Shown: one piece after another, positions 17,832 through 27,514 of the stretch
How positions within the stretch are numbered: position 1 is the first letter of the stretch
How the letters are laid out: each line of letters begins with the position of its first letter
Source of the DNA: Alphaproteobacteria bacterium
GTDB lineage: Bacteria > Pseudomonadota > Alphaproteobacteria > Sphingomonadales > Sphingomonadaceae
NCBI GenBank assembly: GCA_018970445.1
Contig: JAGWWF010000009.1
Coordinates: 2,141-66,140, forward strand
DNA length: 64,000 nt
Reading direction: 5' to 3'
The notes under the pieces: model-generated
Seen by the model: only the letters and a program-made list of their open reading frames with translations
Told to the model about the DNA's origin: nothing
The model's database searches: none
Made by a program: the position numbers and the translations under genes

Positions 17832-19057
17832 TCCGGCTCAGCCTTGCCTATCTGCGGGATCGGGCGCTCAATACGGCGCTCAACATCATCCTGCTGGCGC
17901 TGGGTGTCGCCAGCCTGGTCATCCTGCTGCTGTTTTCCAGCCAGCTGGAAAACCGCTTCGACAAGGATGCCGCCGGCATCGACATGGTGGTGGGGGCCAA
18001 GGGTTCGCCGCTGCAGCTGATCCTGTCATCGGTCTATCATGTCGATATTCCCACCGGCAATGTGCCGCTGGACACGGTGGCGCTGCTGCGCCGCCAGATG
18101 GGTGTGGCGCAGGCCATCCCGCTGGCCCTGGGCGACAGTTTCCGCACATTTCGCATCGTTGGCACCGAACCGGCCTATGCCGATCTGATGGGCGCATCAC
18201 TTGCCGGCGGCCGCCTGTTTGCCGCCCCCATGGAGGCGGTGATCGGGGCCGAGGTGGCGGCGCGCACCGGTGCCGGCCTGGGCCAGCGCTTTGTGGGCGG
18301 CCACGGCATGACCGGCGGCGATGATGGCCCCAGGCACGAGGAACAGCCCTTCATCGTGGTCGGCCGGCTGAAACCCACCGGCACGGTGATCGACCGGCTG
18401 ATCCTGACTCGCATCGAAAGCGTGTGGGCGGTGCACGGCATCGAGGCCCCGCATGACGAGCATGACCATGAAGGCGAAAGCGCCGCAGACCATGAAGCGC
18501 ACGCCAGCCCGGCCGAGGTGACGGCCGTGCTGGTGCGTTTTGGCAGCCCGATCGCGGCGGTGCGGCTGCCCGGCTTCATCAACCGCCAGACCAATCTGCA
18601 ATCGGCGGTGCCGGCCGTCGAGGTTTCCCGCCTGCTGGCCCTGGTGGGGGTGGGGCTGGATGCGGTGCGGGCCTTTGCCGTGCTCTTGATGCTCACCGCC
18701 GGCCTGTCGATCTTTGTCGCGCTGCTGACCGCGCTGAAGGAGCGGGAGGGCGACATGGCGATGCTGCGGGTGATCGGGGCCAGCCGGCCGGCGATTCTGG
18801 GCCAGGTTGCCAGCGAAGGGCTGATCCTGGCCGCCGCCGGCACGGCGCTGGGCCTGGTGCTGGGCCATGGCGTGATCGGGCTGGCCGCCGCCAATTTTGC
18901 CCAATTGCAGCAGATGGGCCTGAATGCACTGGCCTTTCACCCCGGCGAAGCGGTGATTGCGGCCGCCGCGCTGGCCATCGGGCTGTTTGCCGCCTTGATT
19001 CCGGCGTTCAGGGTGCTGCAATCGGATATTGCCGATACGCTGGCCAACAGCCGCTGA
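17828..19057 (+). CDS. ABC transporter permease, FtsX/MacB-type, with a His-rich extracytoplasmic loop
   Basis: 409 aa. An N-terminal TM segment is followed by a large loop and three C-terminal TM segments, the FtsX-like layout. The loop contains HGIEAPHDEHDHEGESAADHEAH. Confidence 0.85.
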   Translation: MIRLSLAYLRDRALNTALNIILLALGVASLVILLLFSSQLENRFDKDAAGIDMVVGAKGSPLQLILSSVYHVDIPTGNVPLDTVALLRRQMGVAQAIPLALGDSFRTFRIVGTEPAYADLMGASLAGGRLFAAPMEAVIGAEVAARTGAGLGQRFVGGHGMTGGDDGPRHEEQPFIVVGRLKPTGTVIDRLILTRIESVWAVHGIEAPHDEHDHEGESAADHEAHASPAEVTAVLVRFGSPIAAVRLPGFINRQTNLQSAVPAVEVSRLLALVGVGLDAVRAFAVLLMLTAGLSIFVALLTALKEREGDMAMLRVIGASRPAILGQVASEGLILAAAGTALGLVLGHGVIGLAAANFAQLQQMGLNALAFHPGEAVIAAAALAIGLFAALIPAFRVLQSDIADTLANSR

Positions 19058-19078
19058 TTCGTTGTTCAAGGAGGACGC

Positions 19079-19567
19079 ATGAGCATCCGCATCGCATTTG
19101 CCGCCACCGCCGCCACCGCGCTGGTGCTGATCGGCCCGGCCGTGCTGGCCCAGCAGGCCCCGCTGAAACCATCGGAATCGATCTGGAAACCGGCCCCCAC
19201 CCCGCCCGGCGGCGTGCCGTGGCAGGTGCTGGAAAGCGCCAGCGAAGACCCGCGCGCCGCCAAGGCCGGCACGGTCAAGCCGCTCTATCCGGCCGCGGTG
19301 AAGTCGCTAGCCGGCAAGCGGGTGAAGATCAACGGTTACATGCTGCCGCTGGGCAAGGGCGCCAACCAGAGCCATTTCGTGCTGCTGGCCTATCCGCCCG
19401 ATTGCCCCTTCCACCTCAATCCCGGCCCGCAGCAGTTCATCGAGGTGAAGGTGTCGAGCGCCATTCCGATGAATTATGATGTGCGCACCATCGAAGGCAC
19501 GCTGGAACTGGCCGGCAGCGATGGCGGCGGCGTGTTCTACAAGATCAGCGACGGGAAAGAGAGTTGA
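19079..19567 (+). CDS. Periplasmic DUF3299 domain protein
   Basis: 162 aa with a signal peptide. The segment KINGYMLPL...SHFVLLAYPPDCPFHLNPGPQQFIEVK matches my memory of DUF3299. Confidence 0.7.
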   Translation: MSIRIAFAATAATALVLIGPAVLAQQAPLKPSESIWKPAPTPPGGVPWQVLESASEDPRAAKAGTVKPLYPAAVKSLAGKRVKINGYMLPLGKGANQSHFVLLAYPPDCPFHLNPGPQQFIEVKVSSAIPMNYDVRTIEGTLELAGSDGGGVFYKISDGKES

Positions 19568-21036
19568 GGCTGACCCTGGCGGCGGCGCTGCTGGCGGCCA
19601 CCCCGGCCGCCGCCGCGCCGCTGCCGCCGGCTCTTGCCGCCCGCATCGATACCGCGATGCAGGACACGGCCGCCATGCGCAACTGGCCCGGCATCGCCTG
19701 GGGCGTGGTGAAACGTGGGCAGGGCCTGGTGCATTATGGCCAGGCCGGGCTGGCCGATGCGACAAGCCGCCGGCCGGTCACCCCCACCACCCGTTTCCGC
19801 ATCGCCAGCATGACCAAGGCCTTCACGGCGCTGACCATCGAACAGCTGGCCGCCGAAGGCAAATTGCGGCTGGACGACAAGGTGGCAGCGCACGTGCCCG
19901 AATTGCGGGGCTGGGGCGATCAACTCACCATCACCGATCTTGTCCACCACATGGCTGGCTTCGTCACCGATGATCCCTGGGGCGATCGCCAGACGCCGCT
20001 GCCCGAACCGGAATTCACCGCGCTCCTGCAAGCCGGTGTGCCCTTCACCCGCGCCGCCGGCCTGACCCACGAATATTCCAACCTGGGCTATGCCATATTG
20101 GGCCGCATCATCACCAATGTTAGCGGCCGGCCGTTCGAGGCCGAAATCGCCCACCGCCATTTTGGCCCGCTGGGCATGGCGGCGACGACATTCAATCTGG
20201 CCGGTGTGCCGGCCGCCAAGATGGCCACCGGCTGGCGCTGGCAGGATAACGGCTGGACGCGCGAGCCCGACATGGGGCCCGGTGCGTTCGGTGCCATGGG
20301 CGGCGTGATCACCACCGTGCCGGATTATGCCCGCTGGATCGATCATCTGCTTTCGGCCTGGCCCGCCGCCGCGCCGGGCACGGCCGAACCGCCAACCCGC
20401 GCCACCATCCGCCGCCTCACCCGCGGCGAAGGCTCCCCCCGCCGCATGAACCGGCCGGGGGATGGGCTGCCCACCATCTGTTCGGTGGCCGTTGTCTATG
20501 GCGGGGGGCTGCGTATCGGTGATGATTGCGACCTCGGCCGGGTGGCCTTCCACGGCGGCGGCTATCCCGGTTATGGCAGCCACATGATCATCGCGCCCGA
20601 TCGCGGCTGGGGCGTGTTTGTCTTCACCAACCACACCTATGCCGGGCCGTCCGATCTGGCCTGGCAAGCCATGCTGGCCATCCAGCAGGCCGGGCTGATG
20701 CCGGCCGATGCCATCCCCGCCTCCCCTGCCCTCACCGCCGCTGCCGCCTTTGCCGGACGGGTGCTGGCCAGCGGGCGGGTGGATGCCGAGCCGGCGCTGC
20801 TGGCGGTCAACCTGCTGCTGGATCGCGACGCTGCCCACCGCGCCGCCGAGATCGCCACCGTGAAGGCCCACGCCGGCCGCTGCCCGCCCGCGCCGGCGAT
20901 CAGCGCCAGCGGCGCGCTCAGCGGCACATTGGTCTGGGCCTGTGCCAACGGCCGGCTCAGCGCCGATCTGCTGCTGGCCCCCACCCAAGATGTGCGGGTG
21001 CAGGGGCTGGACTGGCGCTTCGAGGCACAGCGTTAG
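19564..21036 (+). CDS. Serine hydrolase, beta-lactamase (class C / PBP4*-like) family
   Basis: Signal peptide, SxxK motif (ASMTKAF) and YxN motif (EYSNLGY). The TTG start overlaps the preceding stop. Confidence 0.85.
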   Translation: MRLTLAAALLAATPAAAAPLPPALAARIDTAMQDTAAMRNWPGIAWGVVKRGQGLVHYGQAGLADATSRRPVTPTTRFRIASMTKAFTALTIEQLAAEGKLRLDDKVAAHVPELRGWGDQLTITDLVHHMAGFVTDDPWGDRQTPLPEPEFTALLQAGVPFTRAAGLTHEYSNLGYAILGRIITNVSGRPFEAEIAHRHFGPLGMAATTFNLAGVPAAKMATGWRWQDNGWTREPDMGPGAFGAMGGVITTVPDYARWIDHLLSAWPAAAPGTAEPPTRATIRRLTRGEGSPRRMNRPGDGLPTICSVAVVYGGGLRIGDDCDLGRVAFHGGGYPGYGSHMIIAPDRGWGVFVFTNHTYAGPSDLAWQAMLAIQQAGLMPADAIPASPALTAAAAFAGRVLASGRVDAEPALLAVNLLLDRDAAHRAAEIATVKAHAGRCPPAPAISASGALSGTLVWACANGRLSADLLLAPTQDVRVQGLDWRFEAQR

Positions 21037-23099
21037 CCGCGCTGCAACCGCCAGGCCGTTGCCGTATCCGGCTGGCCCGGCGGCAATGGCAGGCCCGCGC
21101 TGCGCAGCCAGTCGCCGGAAAAGCGGGTCGCCGCCCGTGTTTCGCCCGGCCGCACCTCGGCCACCTGCCAATCGCCATCGCCGATGAACGGCAGCAGCAG
21201 CGGCGCTGCATGGCGTTGCAGCATCATGTCGGTGCGATAGACGATCAGCAGCCAATCATCATCGCCGCCCGCCGCATGCCAGGCCACGCCGTCGCCGGCG
21301 GTGCCGGTCCACACGGCGCCGCCGTGCAGCAGGTGGCGATGATCCTTGTAAAAGGCGATCCAGCCGGCCAGCCGCGCCCGTTCACCTGCGTCCAGCCGGG
21401 TCAGATCAAATTCCAGCCCCAGATGGCCCTGCATGGCCACCAGCGCCTGGAAGGGCAGCGAAAAGCGCCGGCCGCTGGTGTGGCAGCGTTCGGCGCCGAT
21501 ATGGGCGCCCATCATTTCAGGCGGCAAAAATTGCAGGAAACCGCGTTGCAGGCCGATGCGCAGCCGGGCATCGATGCAGTCGCTGGCCCAGAAGCGCTGC
21601 GCCCGCACCGCCATGCCCGCATCGATGCGGCCGCCGCCGCCGGCGCAGGATTCAATCTCCAGCCCCGGAAAGGCGGCGCGCAGCCGGTCCATCAGCGCCC
21701 AGCAGGCCGCCACCTGCCGGCCATAGGCGGGCCGGCCCGCCGCATCGCCGGCGGGGGCCAGATCGCGGTTGTGATCCCATTTCAGATACGCAACGCCCAG
21801 ATCGGCGACCAGCGCCGAAAGGCGGGCGAACAGATGGTCGGTCACATCGGCGCGGGTGAGATCCAGCACCAATTGGTTGCGCGCCGTGGCCAGGGGCCGC
21901 CCGGCCAGCTGCAAGGCCCAATCGGGGTGGGCGCGGAACAGGTCGCTGTCCGGGCTCACCATCTCCGGTTCCACCCACAGGCCGAATTCCATGCCCAGGC
22001 CGCGCACATGATCGGCCAGCGGTTTCAGGCCGGCAGGATATTTGCGGGCATCGACAAACCAGTCGCCCAGCGAGGTGCGATCATCATCGCGGCCGGCAAA
22101 CCAGCCATCATCCAGCACGAAGCGTTCCACCCCGATGGCGGCCGCCGCATCGGCCAGCGCCATCATCCGCACCGGATCATGATCGAAATAAAAGCCTTCC
22201 CAGCTGTTGATCAGCACGGGGCGTGGGCCGGGGCGCGCACCCGCCCGTTGCCGCACCGCGCCATGGAAATTGCGCGCCACCCCGCCCAGGCCATCGGGCG
22301 AGAAACAGGCCAGCACCGCCGGGCTGTCGTGCCGTTCGCCGGGGGCCAGCCGCACCTCGCCGGGGGCCAGCCAGCCGCCCAGCTGCCACTGGCTGCGGCC
22401 ATCATCCAGCCGCTCGATCAGCTGGCGGTGATTGCCCGACCAGGCCAGCTGCGCCCCCCAGGCCGGCCCGGCGGAATCAGAGCAGCCCGGCCCCAGCACC
22501 ACCGCACCGGGCACATGGCCATGGCTGGTGATGCCGTGGCGATTTTCGCGCAGCCAGATGCCGTGGCCCAGCGTGTCGGTCTGTTCGGCAAATTCGTTGG
22601 TGTGGCGGCCGGTGAAATGGCGCACCGCCAGCGGCTGCGCCGGCAGCGGCAGGGTTGCCGCCGCCAGCCATTGCAGATCGATCACGCCATCACCGATATT
22701 GGCCACCGATGTGGTGATCTGCGCCACGTCCGTTGCGGGATCGAGCAGTATCTCCACCAGAATCGCGATCCCGGCCACCGCATCGTGCAGGCGGCAGCTG
22801 AGCCGCTGGCCCTGCTGCAGGGCGCTGCAATCGGCCAGGCCCTGGGCAAAATCCCGGCCGGCGCGGTGAGCCAGCAGCGCGCTCTGGCCATACCAGCCCA
22901 GCCCGAACGTGGGCACCAGCGTGAACGGCACCGGCACATCCAGCGAGAATGTCGGCACCGGCCGGCCCGATTCCAGCCCCGGCCCGGCCGCGATGGCATC
23001 GGGCAGGCGCGCACCCCAGTGCCGCCACACCAGGCCGCTCGCCGCCTGCTCGATCACCAGGCTGCTCTGGCGGCCGTGCAGGGCGAACAGCCGGTTCAA
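21033..23099 (-). CDS. Alpha-galactosidase, glycoside hydrolase family 36
   Basis: 688 aa with [10 protein letters not shown] and [12 protein letters not shown] motifs typical of the GH36 catalytic region. TTG start. It overlaps the ugd stop by 4 nt. Confidence 0.85.
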   Translation of the reverse strand: MNRLFALHGRQSSLVIEQAASGLVWRHWGARLPDAIAAGPGLESGRPVPTFSLDVPVPFTLVPTFGLGWYGQSALLAHRAGRDFAQGLADCSALQQGQRLSCRLHDAVAGIAILVEILLDPATDVAQITTSVANIGDGVIDLQWLAAATLPLPAQPLAVRHFTGRHTNEFAEQTDTLGHGIWLRENRHGITSHGHVPGAVVLGPGCSDSAGPAWGAQLAWSGNHRQLIERLDDGRSQWQLGGWLAPGEVRLAPGERHDSPAVLACFSPDGLGGVARNFHGAVRQRAGARPGPRPVLINSWEGFYFDHDPVRMMALADAAAAIGVERFVLDDGWFAGRDDDRTSLGDWFVDARKYPAGLKPLADHVRGLGMEFGLWVEPEMVSPDSDLFRAHPDWALQLAGRPLATARNQLVLDLTRADVTDHLFARLSALVADLGVAYLKWDHNRDLAPAGDAAGRPAYGRQVAACWALMDRLRAAFPGLEIESCAGGGGRIDAGMAVRAQRFWASDCIDARLRIGLQRGFLQFLPPEMMGAHIGAERCHTSGRRFSLPFQALVAMQGHLGLEFDLTRLDAGERARLAGWIAFYKDHRHLLHGGAVWTGTAGDGVAWHAAGGDDDWLLIVYRTDMMLQRHAAPLLLPFIGDGDWQVAEVRPGETRAATRFSGDWLRSAGLPLPPGQPDTATAWRLQRG

Positions 23100-24262
23100 T
23101 CGGCCCCGAACAGATCGCGGGTGAACACGCGCGGGGCGACATCGGCCAGTTGATCGCTCATCCGGTTGGCCAGGATCACATCGGATTGTGCCTTGAAATC
23201 AGCCAGATCGCGAATCACCGGCGATCCGAAGAAATCATCGCTGTCCAGCGCCGGTTCGAACACCACCACCTTGATGCCGCGCGCCTTGATGCGCTTCATG
23301 ATGCCCTGGATGCTGCTCTGGCGGAAATTGTCGCTGTTGGCCTTCATCACCAGCCGGAACACGCCCACGGTGCGCGGGTTGCGGGCAAAGATCTGCTGGG
23401 CCAGGAAATCCTTGCGGGTGGTATTGGCATCGACGATGGCCTGGATCAGATTTTGCGGCACACTGCCATAATTGGCCAGCAACTGCTTGGTATCCTTGGG
23501 CAGGCAATAACCGCCATAGCCGAACGACGGGTTGTTGTAATGGCTGCCGATGCGCGGATCGAGGCCAATGCCTTCGATGATCTGGCGCGTGTCCATGCCA
23601 TGGGCCATGGCGTAACTGTCCAGTTCGTTGAAGAAGGCGACGCGCATGGCCAGGTAGGTGTTGGCAAACAGCTTGATGGCCTCGGCCTCGGCCGGATCGG
23701 TGAGCAGCACCGGCACATCGGCCTTTTCGGCGCCGGCCTGCATCAGAGCGGCAAAGGTCTGGCCGATGGTGCCGCGATCGCCCACGATGATGCGCGACGG
23801 GTGCAGATTGTCATACAGGGCGCGGCCCTCGCGCAGGAATTCCGGGCTGAACACGATGTTTTCATTGCCCAATTCGCGCCGCACCCGTTCGATGAAGCCC
23901 ACCGGGATGGTGGATTTCACCACGATCCGGGCGTGCGGGTTGCTGGCCAGCGCCGCCCTGGCCACGCTTTCCACCGATGATGTGTTGAAATGGTTGGTGG
24001 CCGGATCATAATCGGTGGGGGTGGCGATCACCACCAGTTCGGCATCGCGGGCTGCGGCGGCCAGATCGGTGGTGGCAACCAGATCCAGGCTGCGCGTGGC
24101 CAGAAACTGTTCCAGTTCGGCATCCACGATCGGGCTGCGCCGCGCGTTCACCATGTCCACCCGCGCCGGCATCACGTCCACCGCCGTCACGCTGTGTGCC
24201 TGTGCCAGCAGCACCGCGTTGGACAGGCCGACATAACCAAGACCGACAACCGCGATTTTCAT
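23096..24262 (-). CDS. ugd: UDP-glucose 6-dehydrogenase
   Basis: Start at [20 protein letters not shown] (Rossmann fold). Catalytic Cys motif [15 protein letters not shown]. The track ORF extends further upstream to 24424. Confidence 0.9.
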   Translation of the reverse strand: MKIAVVGLGYVGLSNAVLLAQAHSVTAVDVMPARVDMVNARRSPIVDAELEQFLATRSLDLVATTDLAAAARDAELVVIATPTDYDPATNHFNTSSVESVARAALASNPHARIVVKSTIPVGFIERVRRELGNENIVFSPEFLREGRALYDNLHPSRIIVGDRGTIGQTFAALMQAGAEKADVPVLLTDPAEAEAIKLFANTYLAMRVAFFNELDSYAMAHGMDTRQIIEGIGLDPRIGSHYNNPSFGYGGYCLPKDTKQLLANYGSVPQNLIQAIVDANTTRKDFLAQQIFARNPRTVGVFRLVMKANSDNFRQSSIQGIMKRIKARGIKVVVFEPALDSDDFFGSPVIRDLADFKAQSDVILANRMSDQLADVAPRVFTRDLFGAD

Positions 24263-24344
24263 GTCCAACTCCGTCTGGCGACCGCCCGGCCGCGCGCGTC
24301 TCTCTGGCGCGGAAACGGGCGCGGCGCAATGGCCGACACGCCGT

Positions 24345-25826
24345 TCAGAACGCCCGGGTGATGCCCACATCCACCCCGGTGCGGGCAAAATCGAACAGGC
24401 CCACGGTGGAAAAATTGCGCTCATGGCTCACCCGGATCACCGGTGAAAAACCGCACACCTGCACCTGGCGCAGCGTGATGCCGGCCGCGGTGCGCTGGCT
24501 CCACAGGCCGCCGGCCACATAACGCTGGGCATCGGCCGGGTTGCTGGACCCGCTGACCCGGTTCAGGCGATCGGCATAGCTGATGCGCTGGAAACGGTTG
24601 ACAAAGACATCGCTGGTCGGCGCGCTTTCCACCTGGCTGCGCCCCGTATCAACCACGGTATAGAGCCGGTTGTTGTTGTTGTAGTTGACAACCAGGCTGC
24701 TATTGGCCGCCGACAGATTGCCGTAGGTGGCCGGCGCGGTGTTGTTCCCGCTGAATCCGCTGATGCGCACCGCCATGCGGCCGGCGCTGGCCTCATAGAA
24801 ATCGCTCACCGTGGGTTCGGTCAGGGTGGCGTTGCCGCCAGTGCCGGTGCCGCGCCGGCCGGTGATGGTGCCCACCGCGCGCTGTCCGCCCGGTTCGGCC
24901 ACCGCAAAGGCGGCGCCCACCTCCTGCGCTTCGGGGCCATAGAATTTGCCATCGATGCTGCCGGTGAAATTGCCGAACTGGAAGAAACCCAACGTGCCGG
25001 AAAAGCCATTGCCGCTGGTGATGCGCGCGTCACCCGTGAACGGCTCCCGCGTCGGGACGATGCCGATGGGATCCAGCGTGCCGCTGATCAGCATCAGGCC
25101 GTTGTCGAACAGCACCTGCAACGTGCCGCCGCCGGAAATCGCCTGCACCGGCGAAATCACGCCCAGCAGATCGATATCGTAACTGGCCTTGCCGGTGCGC
25201 GGCAGCGCGGCGGCCAGCGTGGGAAAGCCATAGGTGAAGGCATCGAAAATGCCATCGACGGTGGCGATGTTTTCGGTGGTGCGCTGCCAGAAACCGGCGC
25301 CGACATATTGAAAGGTCAGCCGGCCGCTGGTGCCGGCGCGGGTCAGGGTCAGGCTGTCGGTGGTGTTGCCGTTGCGCCGCACATAGACGGCCGCGCCAGC
25401 GCTGCTTTGCGCCGCATCCAGATCGCCGGGCAGGAAGCTGAGGCTGCGCGACCCGGCCGTGACGGTGTAGCCGCCGGTCACCTGGCTGTAGGCGATGGTG
25501 ACGGTGGCGCGCGCGGCGGTGGCGGTGGCCAGTTCGGTGGTGCGGTTCACGCTCACCGTGCCGGTGGCGGCATCGGTGGGAAAGCTCTGGCTGGCGGTCA
25601 ACCCGATCAGCGACGTGTTGGTGGGCGTCGGCGTTGGGGTCGGCGTCGGCGTTGGGGTGGGTGTGGGTGTCGGGGTGGGCGTCGGCGTGGGTGTGGGCGT
25701 CGGCGTGGGCGTCGGGCTGGGCGCGGGCGGATTGGTGATCACCAGGCCGCCGCCCGATCCGCTGCCGCCGCACGCCGCCACCAGGGCGCTGCTGCCCACC
25801 AGCAGGATGATTCGCGCCAGTTTCAT
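24345..25826 (-). CDS. Surface/outer-membrane lipoprotein with a (Pro-Thr)16 linker and a TbpB/HpuA-like beta-barrel module
   Basis: Start [19 protein letters not shown] (lipobox LVAAC) followed by a GGSGSGGG spacer and the PT repeat. The segment [12 protein letters not shown]...[35 protein letters not shown] resembles the lipoprotein barrel of transferrin-binding-protein-like proteins. The last residue is Phe. Confidence 0.7.
   Translation of the reverse strand: MKLARIILLVGSSALVAACGGSGSGGGLVITNPPAPSPTPTPTPTPTPTPTPTPTPTPTPTPTPTPTPTNTSLIGLTASQSFPTDAATGTVSVNRTTELATATAARATVTIAYSQVTGGYTVTAGSRSLSFLPGDLDAAQSSAGAAVYVRRNGNTTDSLTLTRAGTSGRLTFQYVGAGFWQRTTENIATVDGIFDAFTYGFPTLAAALPRTGKASYDIDLLGVISPVQAISGGGTLQVLFDNGLMLISGTLDPIGIVPTREPFTGDARITSGNGFSGTLGFFQFGNFTGSIDGKFYGPEAQEVGAAFAVAEPGGQRAVGTITGRRGTGTGGNATLTEPTVSDFYEASAGRMAVRISGFSGNNTAPATYGNLSAANSSLVVNYNNNNRLYTVVDTGRSQVESAPTSDVFVNRFQRISYADRLNRVSGSSNPADAQRYVAGGLWSQRTAAGITLRQVQVCGFSPVIRVSHERNFSTVGLFDFARTGVDVGITRAF
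25620..25715 (-). repeat. Tandem 6-nt repeat encoding (Pro-Thr)x16
   Basis: The plus strand reads ggtgggcgtcggcgttggggtcggc and so on. On the minus strand this is 16 consecutive CCN-ACN pairs inside the lipoprotein gene. Confidence 0.9.
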
Positions 25827-25979
25827 GCTGTTCCCCCCCGTGCCCGTGCGCCCGGCCGCCCGCGACATCCAGGGCATGACCAAGCCGCAACGCAGGCAAA
25901 GCCCTGTATTTCCTTGCAACAATTTCTTCCGGCACGCGAATCGCCCGGAACCAGTCACTGCAAGGGCGTTGAGGGGGGT

Positions 25980-26004
25980 GGAGGTTCGCCGGGACCGAAC
26001 CTCC
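25980..26004 (-). terminator. GC-rich hairpin 10 nt downstream of tRNA-Pro (no U-tract)
   Basis: ggaggttcg / cgaacctcc form a 9-bp stem with a 7-nt loop. No T-run follows on the minus strand, so its function as an intrinsic terminator is uncertain. Confidence 0.3.
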
Positions 26005-26013
26005 AGCAACCGC

Positions 26014-26090
26014 TGGTCGGGGCGAGAGGATTCGAACCTCCGGCCTCTGCCTCCCGAAGACAGCGCTCTACCAGGCTGAGCTACGCCCCG
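26014..26090 (-). tRNA. tRNA-Pro (anticodon CGG)
   Basis: The minus strand reads CGGGGCGTAGCTCAGCCTGGTAGAGCGCTGTCTTCGGGAGGCAGAGGCCGGAGGTTCGAATCCTCTCGCCCCGACCA. A 7-bp acceptor stem, D-loop, anticodon stem CTGTC/GGCAG with loop TTCGGGA, T-arm GGTTCGAATCC and an encoded CCA are all present. Confidence 0.9.
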
Positions 26091-26142
26091 AACCGTGCGC
26101 GGAAGCGGCCCTATAGCCGCCGCCCTTGCGCCACGCAACCGC

Positions 26143-27444
26143 TCAAAGCGCGATTTGCAGCATTTTCGCCACGTCCACGATCTTTTCGCGCGGGGCGCCC
26201 GGGCGGGCGGCGGCGATTTCGGCGGCTTCGATCCGCTGCCAGGCGGCGAAATCGCTGGCCTGCACCCCGCGCGCCGCCAGCAGCGCGTCCAGCCCATGCC
26301 CGCCGGCCTTGCCCGATGGCGCGATGCCGTCCTCCACCATGGCCGCCACCACGCCAAAGCCATCGGGGCGGTTGGTGCCGATGGTGCCCGATGGCCCGCG
26401 CCGCGCCCAGCCGCTGGCATAAAGGCCGGGGCCGATGCGCCCGGCATCATCGCTGGGGAAGCGCCCAAGCCGATCGGCCCAGGCCACGCCGGGAATGGGC
26501 GCGGTGCGATAACCGATGCAGGCGATCACCAGCCCGCACGGAATGGCGTGCAGTTCGCCGGTGCCCACCGCCTGGCCCTCTTCCAGCCGGGTGGTTTCCA
26601 CGATCAGCCGTTCGGCGCGGCCATGGCCTTCCACCGCGACGGGCCGGCGGAAAAATTCGAAATTGATCGTGCCCGGCTTGTCGTTGCGGGGCTGGCCGGC
26701 GAAGCTGCGCAGATGCGTCACCATCTTGCGGTGGCCGGGTTCCAGCGCGGCATCATCGGCCAGCGGCGGCAGATCGCCGGGCTTCACCATGGCCTGGGCG
26801 CGCACCAGATGGCCCAGCTCCCCGGCTTCCTTGGTGGTGAAACTGGCCTGATGCGGGCCCCTTCTGCCGATGATGTGCACATCGCGCACCGCGCTGCCGG
26901 CCAGCGTGGCCAGGGCATGGCCGGCGATATCGGTGGTGGCAAGCTCCTCCACCGTCTTGGCCAGGATGCGCGCGCAATCGATCGCCACATTGCCGTTGCC
27001 GATGATGGCGGCGCCATGGTGCGACAGATCCACCGCCAGCCCGGCATGATCGGGGTGGCCATTGTACCAGCCGACAAACGCCGCCGAACCCACCACGCCG
27101 GGCAGATCATCGCCGGGGATGCCGACGGGCTTGTCCAGCGGGGCACCCACGGACAGGACGACCGCATCATACAGGCCCAGCAGCTCATCCACCCCCACAT
27201 CGCGGCCCAGTTCCACATTGCCGATCAGCCTTGTGCCGGGCGCCAGATTGGTCGCCTCATAGCGTTTGGTGACGGCCTTGATCGACTGGTGATCGGGGGC
27301 GACGCCGGCGCGGATCAGGCCATAGGGGCTGGGCAGGCGATCGATGATGTCGATCCGCGCATCGGCGCCCCACTGTTTCTGCGCGGCTTCGGCGGTGTAG
27401 TAACCGGCCGGGCCGGCGCCAACGATGGCGATGCTGATGGTCAA
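26143..27444 (-). CDS. FAD-dependent ferredoxin-NADP+ reductase, FprA/adrenodoxin-reductase type
   Basis: 433 aa with two dinucleotide-binding motifs, IAIVGAGPAGYYTA and AAIIGNGNVAIDCARIL. Confidence 0.8.
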   Translation of the reverse strand: MTISIAIVGAGPAGYYTAEAAQKQWGADARIDIIDRLPSPYGLIRAGVAPDHQSIKAVTKRYEATNLAPGTRLIGNVELGRDVGVDELLGLYDAVVLSVGAPLDKPVGIPGDDLPGVVGSAAFVGWYNGHPDHAGLAVDLSHHGAAIIGNGNVAIDCARILAKTVEELATTDIAGHALATLAGSAVRDVHIIGRRGPHQASFTTKEAGELGHLVRAQAMVKPGDLPPLADDAALEPGHRKMVTHLRSFAGQPRNDKPGTINFEFFRRPVAVEGHGRAERLIVETTRLEEGQAVGTGELHAIPCGLVIACIGYRTAPIPGVAWADRLGRFPSDDAGRIGPGLYASGWARRGPSGTIGTNRPDGFGVVAAMVEDGIAPSGKAGGHGLDALLAARGVQASDFAAWQRIEAAEIAAARPGAPREKIVDVAKMLQIAL

Positions 27445-27514
27445 TGCTGCCTCCGGAACATGCTGGGGCGCGGCTTATGCCGGCCGCGCCGTTCCGGTCA
27501 AGCAATCCGGCCGA

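Noticed and set aside
25620-25715. Short tandem repeat array considered as a CRISPR or other non-coding repeat
   Set aside because: The period is 6 nt with no spacers, and the array sits in frame inside a gene, where it encodes (Pro-Thr)16. No CRISPR-like repeat-spacer structure exists anywhere in the window.
25961-26013. Integration scar (att-like duplication of the tRNA-Pro 3' end) downstream of the tRNA
   Set aside because: Only 9 nt (GGAGGTTCG) match the T-arm, and they form one side of a local hairpin. There is no longer direct repeat and no integrase nearby, so coincidence or a simple terminator stem is more likely.
24345-26468. 707-aa minus-strand ORF spanning the lipoprotein, tRNA-Pro and part of the reductase region
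   Set aside because: Its upstream part translates straight through the tRNA gene (the segment [24 protein letters not shown] is the tRNA read as protein) and through an out-of-frame stretch overlapping the 3' end of the reductase gene. The real gene starts at the lipoprotein signal peptide MKLARIILL (25826).
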